From the human T2T-CHM13v2.0 reference genome, Homo sapiens: a DNA stretch of 64,000 bases. The stretch's first letter is position 1. Each line of letters opens with the position of its first letter. A model generated the notes under the pieces. It had not been told where the DNA came from. It did no database searches and saw only the letters and a list, made by a program, of their open reading frames with translations. Both the position numbers and the translations under genes were made by a program. The stretch lies in NCBI RefSeq assembly GCF_009914755.1, contig NC_060938.1; one strand, 5' to 3'. Below are positions 40,700-51,560 of the stretch, in pieces.

Positions 40700-40835
40700 A
40701 GGGGTCGGGGCATGGAAATAAGGAGTTGGGGCACAGAGTAAGAGGTCGGGGTGCGGAAATAAGGGATCGGGGCACAGAGATAAGAGGTCAGGGCACAGAA
40801 ATAAGGGATCGGGGCACAGAGATAAGACGTCGGGG
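40700..40835. repeat. Tandem ~20-21-bp repeat array in the HERV-H leader
   Basis: About 6 units of (g)atcggggcacagagataag(a/g)g. Confidence 0.85.
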
Positions 40836-41426
40836 TTCCTGCCCCTCCCCCAGAAAAGCAGGACTTGCCGCTAAGGGTGAAGGAAAAGGGGTTGAGGGGT
40901 TCTTGCCCCTCCCCCAGAAAAGCAGAGAAGGGGTAGAGACACAGAGAGGAGGGGTTGGGGTTCTTGCCCCTCCCCCAGAAAAGTGGGACTTGCCGCTAAA
41001 GGTGAAAGACCAAGGCAGGCGTCCCTGCATGGTCTGACACCTCTGAAACCTGGGTGAATAATCAGAAAGTCATCCCTGCAATGATTAAACACCAAGGGAA
41101 GGCTGCCTTCCCTAGTCCACGACTGGCGCCGGAGTTTTTGGTCCACGGATAAAACGTGTCTCCTTTGTCTCTACCAGAAAATGAAAGGAATTGAAATTAA
41201 GAGAAGGGAGAGATTGAAGTGTGGTGCCAAGATTGAAAGGAGAAAGAGGTTGAGGGATAGTGAGGGAGGTTGGAGAAGAGAGTAAAAAGAGGCCGCTTAC
41301 CAGATTTGAAATTGGTGAGATATTTCTTGGGCTGGTCGGTCTGAGGACCTGAGGTCGTAGGTGGATCTTTCTCACAGAGAAAAGAGCAAGAGGACAGGGG
41401 ATTGATCTCCCAAGGGAGGACCCCCG

Positions 41427-41444
41427 ATCCGAGTCACGGCACCA
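41427..41444 (-). other. Primer-binding site, tRNA-His
   Basis: Minus strand TGGTGCCGTGACTCGGAT, 18/18. Confidence 0.96.
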
Positions 41445-41446
41445 AA

Positions 41447-41852
41447 CTTCACTCGTGTCCACGTGAAGAGACCACTAAACAGGCTTTGTGTGAGCAACAC
41501 ACAAAGGCTGTTTATTTCACCTGGGTGCAGGCGGGCTGAGTCTGAAAAGAGAGTCAGCTAAGGGAGATAGGGGTGGGGCCGTTTTATAGGATTTGGGTAG
41601 GTAAAGGAAAAAGGGGGGTTCTCTGGCAGGCAGGAGTTGGGGTCACAAGGTGCTCAGTAGGGGAGCTTTTGAGCCAGGATGAGCCAGGAGAAGGAATTTT
41701 ACAAGATAATCTCATCAGTTAAGGCAGGAACAGGCCATTTTCATTTCTTTTGTGGTGGAATGTCATCAGTTAAGGCAGGAACTGACCATCTGGATGTGTA
41801 CGTGAAGGTCACAGGGGATATAATGGCTTAGCTTGGGCTCAGAGGCCTGACA
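41447..41852 (-). promoter_or_regulatory. HERV-H 5' LTR (LTR7), potential promoter firing leftwards
   Basis: Intact TATAAAA, GGCCCCACCCC box and ACAAAAGA SOX-like motif; about 3% diverged from the 3' LTR; splice donor CTG|GTAAGC at 41300. Confidence 0.9.
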
Positions 41853-41857
41853 CTTAT

Positions 41858-42300
41858 TATTCCCATTTTGCAGATAAGAAAAGTGAGGCTCAGCTACTTG
41901 AGGGTGAGGGGGCTGAGGTGGGAAGATCACCTGAGCCTGAGAGGTTGAAGCTGCAGTGAGTCATGATTGTGCCACTGCATTCCAGCCTGGGTGACAGAGT
42001 GAGACCCTGTCTGAAAGAAAAAAAAGAGAGAGAAAGAAAGAAAGATGGAAAGAACGAAGAAAGAAAGCAAGAATGAAAGAAAGAAAGAAAAAAGAAAGAG
42101 AAGAGAAGGAGAGAGAAAGAAAGTGAGAGAGAAAGAAAGTGAGAAAGAGAGAAAGAAAGAAAGAAAAAATAAAGAAAAAAGAAAATAAATAAATAGAAAA
42201 AGAAAAGTGAGCCTTTCTGAATTTGCATGACTTGTCTAAGGTCACACAGCTTGTAAGTGTCAGGGCCAGGGTTTAAACACAGATGATTTGACTCTGGTAT
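41858..42300 (-). mobile_element. MIR, split; it begins at about 35545, left of the THE1 and HERV-H, and is interrupted again by the Alu
   Basis: tattcccattttgcagataagaaaagtgag...gacttgtctaaggtcacacagcttgtaagtg. Confidence 0.8.
41891..42200 (+). mobile_element. 5'-truncated Alu right arm with an expanded GA-rich tail
   Basis: cagctacttg...gagaccctgtct then (GAAA)n; TSD aagaaaagtgag. Confidence 0.9.
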
Positions 42301-43720
42301 CCTTTACTGCTCTATTATATTTTCCATAAGATATATACTACATAACCCTTCTGTATCTTATTCTTTAACTTCATAATATATTTTGATCATGTTCCTATAT
42401 GAATAAATATCTATCTACATTATCTTAATGGCTGCACCAATAATGGGGTAAGAATACAAAGGGTGGAATCCAAATTCTTCTGCTTAATACTCACATGATC
42501 TTGTTGCTTTATGCCTTTGTAAAATAAAAACAATAGTAATAGTACCCATCACACGGTGTTGAGAGACTTAATGTACATAAATACAATTTGTAAATCAAAA
42601 CATTCTATGTAAGTGTAAGTCATGGTGGTCACTGTTATTACTAACTGAATATAAGTTACAGGAACAGGAGAATCCCCACAGGTAGGGGTATTGCAGGTAA
42701 TTGACCCACTGTTACATGAATGTGCTTACCTTCTGGAAATTCACCTGTCATTTGTGCCCTTATTTTATATGTTATACTTTAATGTAAAGTTTACATTCAA
42801 AAACCTGTTCATGGCTCCTCCTCTCCCATGGATTTCCGTACGTACCAGTTTCTGACTCTGGCACTCAGAGCTCTCCACAATATGACCGACCCTACCTTCT
42901 CAGCCTAAACACCCCAGCCCAACCCCACCAGGAGGTGAGCCATTCTTTTCGCCCATCCTCCCCTTCCCCGCTTCCATGTCCTCCCCGCTGCTACTCTTCT
43001 CAAGATCACCTTCTCTGTGTGTTTTTCTGTCCTCTTGGCTCAGCCCTCTCTCCAAGTGCCCTTCTTACTTAAGTTCCCATGCTGGGCCCTACTCATCAGA
43101 GGCATTCTGCCAACATATACTGCCTGGATGGGACCTGCCAGGGTCACAAGGCAAGGCCTGCAGTCCTGGAAGCTCTCCTTCGTGGTTTCCTCTTTCATGG
43201 AGGACACTGACTTCACAGAGTTTTGACCTGGGATGGTAAATGTTTGAACACATTCCTGAACTGATTTGAGAAAAGCCCCACAGCTTGAAATGGAGCCACC
43301 ACTATTTTTGCCCTGCCTAGAAGTCCTCTGTGTTTTCTTCTCAGCTAAAGTATAAGTTCCAGGGGGGCAGGGGTCATGAGATGTGTGTGTTTGCATCCAC
43401 TTCCCACTGACCCTGCCATGGGCATGCACATGCTGTGGACGGAGTCAACGCTCCATGGATCATGGCACAATGGTTACTGGTTGGGGTGGGTTGCAGCATA
43501 TCACTAAGAAACACACCACTACCTGCTCTAGTCGTCATCTCTCTAGGGCTCTTTTGCACTCAGAAAGACACCTGGCCATTGTTTTCAGTCCTTGAGCCAA
43601 ATGACATAAAGCTGCAGACTATTACTAAGGCTGCAAGGCTCTGATGTGGTCAGTGGCTCAGAACTAACTCATTGGAAGCCCTCCTGCCAGGGAATTGAGA
43701 GATAATGGAACATGTTAGAC

Positions 43721-44007
43721 CAGGGGTTGTCAGACTTTTTCCATAAAGGGCCAGATAGTAAATATTTCAGGCTTTGCAGGCCATATGATCTCCATCACAA
43801 TGACTCAACTCTGCTGCTATAGTGTGAGGGCAGCCACAAACATGACATAATCAGAGTGTGGCTGTGTTCCAATAAAACTTTATTTAGAAACACTGAAATT
43901 TGAAATTTGCATGATTTTAATATTACAAGATAATCTTTTGACTTCTTTAACCATTCAAAGCTATAAAAGCCTTTCTTAGCTAGTGTGCTGCAGTTTGCCA
44001 ACTTCTG
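43721..44007 (+). mobile_element. MER58B hAT-Charlie DNA transposon
   Basis: CAGGGGTTG...aagggccagatagtaaatattt...gtttgccaacttCTG; 8-bp TSD tgttagac/gattagac. Confidence 0.85.
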
Positions 44008-44099
44008 GATTAGACCACCAAAGGGAACATTTTATTCCCATTCATGGAAGGGCTTCTCAGACAACTTGCCTCAGAGTCACTGAGAGGTGGGGTCAGGGG

Positions 44100-44246
44100 T
44101 GGCGGAGAATGCCTGCTAAAAGTGCAGGTTTCTGGTCCCAGCACCCTAACTATTGAACCAGATTACCAGAAGAACAGCCCAGGAAACTGCCATCTTAGCA
44201 GACTCTCCTAGGTGACTGTGATGCCCACTAAGTGTGGAGAATCATT
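44100..44246. mobile_element. MER5-family fragment
   Basis: tgctaaaagtgcagg...cccagg...ggtgactgtgatgc...aagtgtggagaatcatt. Confidence 0.6.
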
Positions 44247-44310
44247 TTAGCTGAAAAGAAATCAAAAGCTTCTTAGAGAAGTTTTTTAATTTTGGTAGAA
44301 AAATGAAGCC

Positions 44311-44490
44311 AGTTGGGCTTGGTGGTGTGTACCTGTAGTCCCAGCTACTTGGGCGGTGAGGTGGGAGGATTGCTTGAGCGCAGAAAATCAAGGCTGCAGC
44401 GAGCCATGATCTTGCCACTGCACTCCAGCCTGGGTGACAGAGCCAGACCCTATCTCAAAACAAAAACAACAGCAACAAAAATGAAAGAAA
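44311..44490 (+). mobile_element. Free Alu right monomer (FRAM/FAM-like)
   Basis: Single arm with A-rich tail; TSD agaaaaatgaagcca. Confidence 0.88.
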
Positions 44491-45152
44491 GAAAAATGAA
44501 GCCAACCAACAAGACAAGTGCTTCCTACTTGAGCAGGCTCTTTTAGGACACTTTTGAGGGTACTTTGGGTTCTCCCATTTGTAAGTTGCTTCAGTCTTCC
44601 TCAGACTGCGAGTGCTATGTTTCCAAAGAGAATGAGCAGAGGGCAACCCAAGCCTTTCTGGGGGAGATGTTGTCTCCCCCAGAAAAAAAAAAAAAAGAGT
44701 TCTCCCACCAAGAACTTTATCCTTGTTTGGCCAAACCTTCTCCTCCAGGAGAAAGAGGGGGAGACACATTGCTGTGGGAATGGGAGAAGGGGAAACATCT
44801 GATATTGTTCCAGGAACCACTTCTATCAGGGGCTCCTCTGCCCTCCATGCCCACCATTCACCCATCACTGGTTGGCATTGGGTGGGGGGAGTCACCCCCT
44901 GTAACCTACTTTCCAAGGCTTGGTGATTTTCTGTCTCCCATCAAAATGGGCAGGAAGGGTGTGTGTGCTTGGAGAGGGGCAACTGTGTGTATTCTTGTGT
45001 GTTAGAAGTGGGGGTCTACCAAGTGCAATATCTGTAACTAAGTGGGTATAAAAGCTATGCAACCCTGCTTTCAGGGAGGTAACACATCAGGAGTGCAGAA
45101 CCCATGGAGATGGGTGTGTATGGGGAGGCAGGGCTGTGAAGAGCACAGATGC

Positions 45153-45635
45153 TTTTCTTTTTCTTTCTTTCTTTTTTTTTAAAGCCAGATTTTATTTGTA
45201 TTTAAAAACAATGCTCAGGAGACTTAAAAGTTCCAAAGCCGTGAAGATATCCAGTTTCAATGTACAGCTACAACAAGGTGCTGTTGATCAGCGACTGAGT
45301 CATGGAAGGCTCTGTAGTGCCTTGGGGACCTCTGCTCCTTCGTATCACTCCTAGTCTTGGCCTCATGGTTTTCTGCAAGTTCTTGTTGACTATAACTTTA
45401 TACAGGGCTGTCATTGCAGTAAGGACAACAAAAAAGCACCTATGGCTATCATTGTTAATCCAGTAGAGAAAACCACAAAGTCAGAGGGGTCATGTATAAC
45501 AAAAATGATTTCCAGAATCACGGTCAATAACCCTAAGCAGGTGACAAGCAGACATTCAGAGCAAGACAAACATCAGAATGGTAGTCCCATCCATGGATAA
45601 GCTTGGTCAGGTTGGTACATGAATTTTTGCTGGCA
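45153..45635 (-). pseudogene. Processed retrocopy of an unidentified mRNA, decayed two-TM reading frame
   Basis: Poly(A) remnant (T-rich 45153-45180), AATAAA about 10 nt upstream (45191-45196), broken ORF 45620-45268 with two hydrophobic segments, one stop and one frameshift; right boundary uncertain. Confidence 0.7.
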
Positions 45636-45781
45636 CAGCAGACAGCTTTTTAGTCAAAAGAAGGTCAGGAATAGTTTCCCCTGTCTACTGCACATTCTGA
45701 ATGTCCTTACCATTTTTCTCTCTTGCTAGAAGAACCCTGGTTTTATTCTGGCATCCAGCCATAAGGAAGGTGACCTTGTCA

Positions 45782-45981
45782 CAGTGATATGCAGGTAAAT
45801 GTTTGCCAACTGGCTTTTCAGGAGAAAAAGCCCTGCTATGTAGTGTTTGCCAATTCCTGTGGTGTTGCCCATCATGCCCAATTTCAAGCTACCAACATGA
45901 AGTCACTAAACGCAAAGCTGGGAGGAGATGTGCACTATCAGCTTGCATGAGCTGGTGGGAGCTGGCTTTGAACCAACACTG
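45782..45981. mobile_element. MER63A-like hAT-Blackjack DNA transposon
   Basis: CAGTG...ggtaaatgttt...aatttcaagctaccaacatgaagtcact...CACTG terminal inverted ends. Confidence 0.75.
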
Positions 45982-46026
45982 CCCCATTGCCACTCAGAGA
46001 TAATAGTCAATCATGGTGATCCCATC

Positions 46027-47575
46027 TGTATTAGTCCATTTTCATGCTGTTGATAAAGATGTACCCAAGACCGGGCAATTTACAAAGGAAAGCTATTGGA
46101 CTTACAGTTCCACATGGCTGGGGAAGCCTCACAATCATGGCAGAAGGCAAAGGAGAGCAAGTCACGTGTTACATGGATGGCAGTAGGTGAAGAGAGAGAT
46201 TGTGTAGGGGAACTCCCCTTTATAAAACCATCAGGTCTCATGAGACTTATTCACTATCATGAGAACAGCACAGGAAAGACTTGCCCCCATGATTCAATTA
46301 CCTCCCACCAGGTCCCTCCCACAATACATGGGAAATCATGTTGAGATTTGGGACACAGCTAAACCATATTATTCTGCCCCTGTCCCCTCCTAAATCTCAT
46401 GTCCTCACATTTCAAAACCAATCATGCCTTCCCAACAGTCCCCAAAGTCTTAACTCATTTCAGCATTAACTCAAAAGTCTGAAGTGTAAAGTCTCATCTG
46501 AGACAAAGCAAGTCCCTTCCACCTATGAGCCTATAAAATCAACAGCAGGTTAGTTACTTCCTAGATACAGTGGGGGTACAGGCCTTGGGTAAATACAGCC
46601 ATTCCAAATGGGAGAAATTGGCCAAAACAAAGGGGCTACAGTCCCTATGCAAGTCTGAAATCTAGCAGGGCTGTAAAATCCTAAAGCTCCAAAATGATCT
46701 CCTTTGACTCCATGGCATCCAGGTCATGCTGATGCCAGAGGTGGGTTCCCGTGGTCTTGGGCAGCCCAGCCCCTGTGGCTTTGCAGGGTACAGCCTCCCT
46801 CCTGGCTGCTTTTATGGGCTGGCATTAAGTGTCTGCAGCTTTTCCAGGCACACGGTGCAAACTATCAGTGGCTCTACCATTCTGGGGTCTGGAGGACAGT
46901 GGCTCACTTCTCATGGCTCCACTAGGCAGTGCCCCAGTAGGAACTCTATGTTGGGGCTCTGACCCCACATTTCCCTTTCGCACTGCCCTAGCAGAGGTTC
47001 TCCATGAGGGCCCCACCCCTGACACAAACTTCTGCCTGGACATCCAGGCATTTCCATACATCTGAAATGTAGGTGGAGGTTCCCAAATCTCAATTCTCGA
47101 CTTCTGTGTAGAAGTTCCAAACTGTCCCACATTTTCCTGTCTTCTTCTGAGCCCTCCAAACTGTTCCAACCTCTGCCTGTTACCCAATTCCAAAGTTGCT
47201 TCCACATTTTCAGGTATCTTTTCAGCAACACCCCGCTCTCAGCACCAATTTACTGTATTAGTTTGTTTTCACACTACTGATAAAGACATACCCGAGACCG
47301 GGCAATTTACAAAGGAAAATTGGACTTACAGTTCCACGTGGCTGGGGAAGCCTCACAATCATAGCATAAGGCAAGGCAAGTCATGTCTTACATGGATGGC
47401 AGCAGGCAAAGAGAGAGATTTTAAAACCATCAGATCTCATGAAGCTTACTCACTATCACAAGAACAGCACAGGAAAGACTTGCCCCCATGATTCAATTAC
47501 CTTGCACTGTGTCCCTCCCACAACACATGGGAATTCAAGATGAGATTTGGGTGGGGACACACCCAAACCATATCA
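46027..47575 (-). mobile_element. THE1 (THE1B-like) element: LTR 46027-46371, shortened internal region, LTR 47254-47575
   Basis: Two THE1 LTRs flank THE1-int sequence; TSD ccatc/ccata. Confidence 0.92.
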
Positions 47576-47830
47576 CCATATCACTGGCAGTCATTGGCCT
47601 ATGAGCAGAAAATATTCTGGACTGGGACCACAACTGACCACATCATGAGGTACAGCACAGAGATAGGGAAAGGACCAGAGGCCTTGAGGATATGCTCAAG
47701 CTGCTGAAATAACCAGGTCTCACAGCACTTTATATTAGGACTTCTGGTAATATGTATTCAGAAAAATTCCAGATTGTTCAAGCTAGTGGAGTTGAGGTTT
47801 CTGTTACTTGCAGCAGAAAGCTTCCTGATG
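47576..47830 (+). mobile_element. Ancient MLT1 LTR remnant, host of the THE1 insertion
   Basis: aggtttctgttacttgcagcagaaagcttcct 3' motif. Confidence 0.5.
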
Positions 47831-48999
47831 GGTCCACCTTCTCTGCATCAATCACTCAGAAAGGAAGAAGCAAGCATGTGTGAGTTATTACCCTGCCATT
47901 AGCACCTCACCATGGCCACGTACAGAGGGGAGCTCCAAGGACTCAGAGGCAATGGCCTAACAAGTCAGCCCCCCATGGCTCATTATCTTTCCCCTGCAGA
48001 CCCTCCAAAGCCTATTTACCCTGTGAAATGCCACAATTTTCTTTGTCACCTGTCTTGCTCCAGTGCTGCCAGCACGAGTGATGTAGGGTATTATCAGGGC
48101 TTCAGCAACAGCGTGTGTGGCTGGAGTTTAAATGAATTTCATCAGCATGATTAAATACTTATTACATGAGTCAAACATACGGGCTTCATTAAGCTAGTGA
48201 ACTCCCAGGAACCTCCTCTTCTGTTTATACAACCCATCTGGACTCTCAGATTACTTTAAAGAAATGGGATAAATGGAGTTCGATATGACAGCCAGCTCAT
48301 CTTTCAGCGTTGTACTCTCAGAGGAAACTCATCTTCCATTGCTAAATCTGGCCTCCCTACAATTGGGTGCAGAGGTTTTTTTCCATCTGCTTCTGGCCTC
48401 CGTGAAAGCCTGACATGATGCTGAAATTGAGACTTTAAGAGTAACTTGCCAGGACATGACAGACATACTTTTCTCATTGAAGCATGGAACATTGTCTAAA
48501 GTCATTTGCAAGCACAAAACTTGGGCTTTTACGAGGAGGCACACCTTGAAAGCAAAATAAAGGGCAAGGTTTAATTAACTTACCAGGCCCTCTGTTAGTC
48601 GTTATTAGAAGCTCTTTATCAAATTAAAGGCCTGCTGGGAAGCCAGCTGAGTGCCGAGAAGCAGTGACATGCGTTAAGTGCCAAAGTGGGTTTTAATTGG
48701 CTGTTTAAATGAAGGAAAGCTCCCTGCAGTGTGACAGACACACATCATGGGGTGTGTGCCAACACACACACACACACACGGAGCCCCAGGCAGTCTGGAA
48801 ATCACAGGAACCACATTTTTGGAAAGCTGACATATCCAAAGCATGACCACAGCCTACCAGGAAGGGAGCCCTAAAGCATGTGGCATTCCAGGCTCAATAA
48901 ATGCCATAGTTATTATTTCTGATAATAATAAAAGAGCTGTAGCAGTAAGACTTTTGAATGCTGCCAAATTTGCACTGTACATCGTCCAGCTGAATTGCC

Positions 49000-49500
49000 A
49001 AGGTCTCTTACTCCTGGATTGAGCCCAGGATTTTGTTTTGTCTTTGGTGTCATCAAGCCACTAACATGTAAAATGGGAACGTGAATACCTACCCTATGAG
49101 AATGTTACAAGAGATTTACACAAAGCTCCTAGCAGTTCCCACCATGTACTGAAGGCCCAACGAATGGTAGTTATTTTGACGAAAGCATTTCTACTGTGCT
49201 CTTTAAAAAATTATTGGAGAGTATTTATTCCTCATAGTCCCAGTTATGCTAGGAGGCCCTACAGGGTGGTGGCTAAGAGTACAATCTTTGGAGTCAGATT
49301 GATATGGACTTGTGTGCTCGCTCCACCATATCAGGGGGCCTTTCTGAGCCTCGGGCACCTTTTCTATAAAATGGGATACATTCTACAAAATAGGTTATAA
49401 CATACCTACTTCATAAAATGGTGGAAAAAGTACACGACTGTGCCTGAAAAGAACTTAGCACAATGTATGTACATAGTAGTTGTGATCATCAATATGCTTC
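49000..49500 (+). mobile_element. MIR fragments
   Basis: tgtaaaatgggaac...; gtggctaagagtacaatctttggagtcaga...tctgagcctc...taaaatggg. Confidence 0.7.
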
Positions 49501-51359
49501 CTAGGGGAATGAGTGTGTTTCCTGTTGAGAGATGGAGACATGAAATTACAGAGTGGCTGTGGGACAGGCCCCAAGGACACTGTACCTTTTCACATAGGCT
49601 GCGAGCAAAAGCTCATTGAGTCAATCATTTGTGGAGGTGATGGGGTGGAATCTTAACAGAAGGCAGCAAGGACAGGGTTTTTAGGGATTGGGGACACATT
49701 CAGGACACATAGGAGAGCTCTGCAGTCAGTCTTTTGCTGGTGATCACCCCTTCAGAAAGCTGGGGCTTCCCCATCATCTGACTATGAACATATTTGATGC
49801 AGAATAACTCCATGATACAGCTGTGACAAGAGGCCAGGCCTCCAGTTTCCAGTCTACAGCTTATTTTACTGAGAAAGTTTCTTGTCAGGGTGAGATTTTC
49901 AACTGGTGGGGAGAAAATTATTCCAAAACCACTGTTTTTTAATTTCAAAAGCAAGTTTTTTTTTTTGTTTTTTGTTTTAAGAATTGTATTGGTACTCTGA
50001 GCTTGTTATTTTAAAAGAAGCTGTCAATTGAAGTTTTTATTATATGATCAATATCACCCAGGATTCTTTACAAGGATGATGTGCAGCAGCTGCTGTAACT
50101 CTTGGCTTCTTGTCAGCATTATAATTTGGCGTAAAGTTATGGGGAGGTGACAGAGAGGGAGGGGAAGGAGTCATGTGACAAGAGAGGGTGGTGAGATCTT
50201 TTGAAGAAGTTAGAAGCGGTAAAGAATCTCAGCCTACAGCAGCTGGTGAGAAACTTAAAATACAGGACTGTGGGTCCTTGGAGCCATTTTGAATTGGAGG
50301 ATGTTTTCATAAAGGCTGCAAAAATAAACCTTCCTGGATGAAAGCATGTGGCTACGTGCATTTAAACACACGCCCTCTGTTCCAATAACACCGCGATTCT
50401 GAGCTATCCCTGATGCACCAGCAAGGAAGAGAATAAACTCCTTCGTTTCCCAACATCCTTGCTGAGGGCTTGGAGGGACAGCTCTCACTCAATTTTCCAG
50501 CCTGGTAAGGCTTTGAACATGAAACAGACGTGTCCCCGGGGCTCTTACAAAATGAGCCACAGCAGGCTGATGTCAGGGCATGGATTCATGGGCTGCCGGG
50601 GGGTTAACATCTCTTGCAATTCCAAATAAGAAAAAAGCCTGCATTCTTCTTCATTCCTCCCATTTCACACATCCCTGGCAGCTGGGTTTCCCAATGCTTC
50701 ATTGAGGCCAATGTGCGTGAAGGAATGGATCAGCAGGAGCAGGCCATCAGGCGGCCATTTTAAGCCCTTGGCCTCCATCCCCACTCCCCACGCTGGGGCG
50801 AGACAGACAGGCCTTTGTGTGCCTGGAGCCGGCTAAGCCAGGATGTGACTGTGAGCTGGAATCTGACCTTTCATGGGCTCCAGCACCTGTCAGAAAAACG
50901 AACAAGCTTGGGGTGTTTTTTCCGCTCCGGACTTAAATGCCAGTTTTGTGACTCCCTCACAGTGGAACTGTGCCAAGGCAGTTGTGGTCAACTCCAGCTC
51001 TCCGAGGAGCAGACCTGAGACGTAAGTGATGGACGGCCCCGCGTTTCTGAGGCCTGGCCAGCTCTCGGCTCAGGTTGAATTCAAGCCGAGCCCAGGACTT
51101 CAGTGCTTGAGTTAGGAACCTCAGAGCAGATCAAAACAGCCACATTACTCCGGCACCCTGTGGTGCATGTGAGTGTGTGTGTGTGCACGTGTGTGGGTGT
51201 GTGTGCATGCATTCAGCACTGGAACAAAGACCCAGTCACGGTGACCCTGACATAGATGGCTGTCCATTCATCAGGAGTGGGATTATGGAGCAGTGTTGGC
51301 ACCCCCTCTGCCCACCCCGTCTTGGCCTGCTGCGGCAGTCTGATTATGAACATTCTAGT

Positions 51360-51560
51360 CATTCTTGGGTTGGACCCTGCCACTTGTGATCCACAGGACC
51401 TCAGTCAAATGACTTAACGTTTCTGAACCTCAACTTTGTCAGCCATGAAATGGGGATTAAAATGCCTTATTCCAATGGTGGTTGTGATTTAAATGAGATA
51501 ATATATACAAAGCACCAAGCATCTTGTGAAAGCACCTTGGAGACACTTAGTCAATAGCCA
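51360..51560 (+). mobile_element. MIR
   Basis: tgacttaacgtttctgaacctc...atgaaatggggat...taaatgagataat. Confidence 0.75.

Larger units (their letters stand above)
35937..41852 (-). mobile_element. HERV-H provirus, common deleted ~5.9-kb form, with two LTR7
   Basis: Paired LTRs, 5-bp TSD CTTAT (35932-35936, 41853-41857), perfect tRNA-His PBS, gag-pro-pol remnants, env largely deleted. Confidence 0.97.

Noticed and set aside
40700-40835. Regularly spaced repeats as a possible CRISPR array
   Set aside because: Head-to-tail units with no unique spacers, inside HERV-H in eukaryotic DNA.
41427-41444. tRNA-like sequences here and at 23817-23834
   Set aside because: Only 18-nt retroviral primer-binding sites; no tRNA body.
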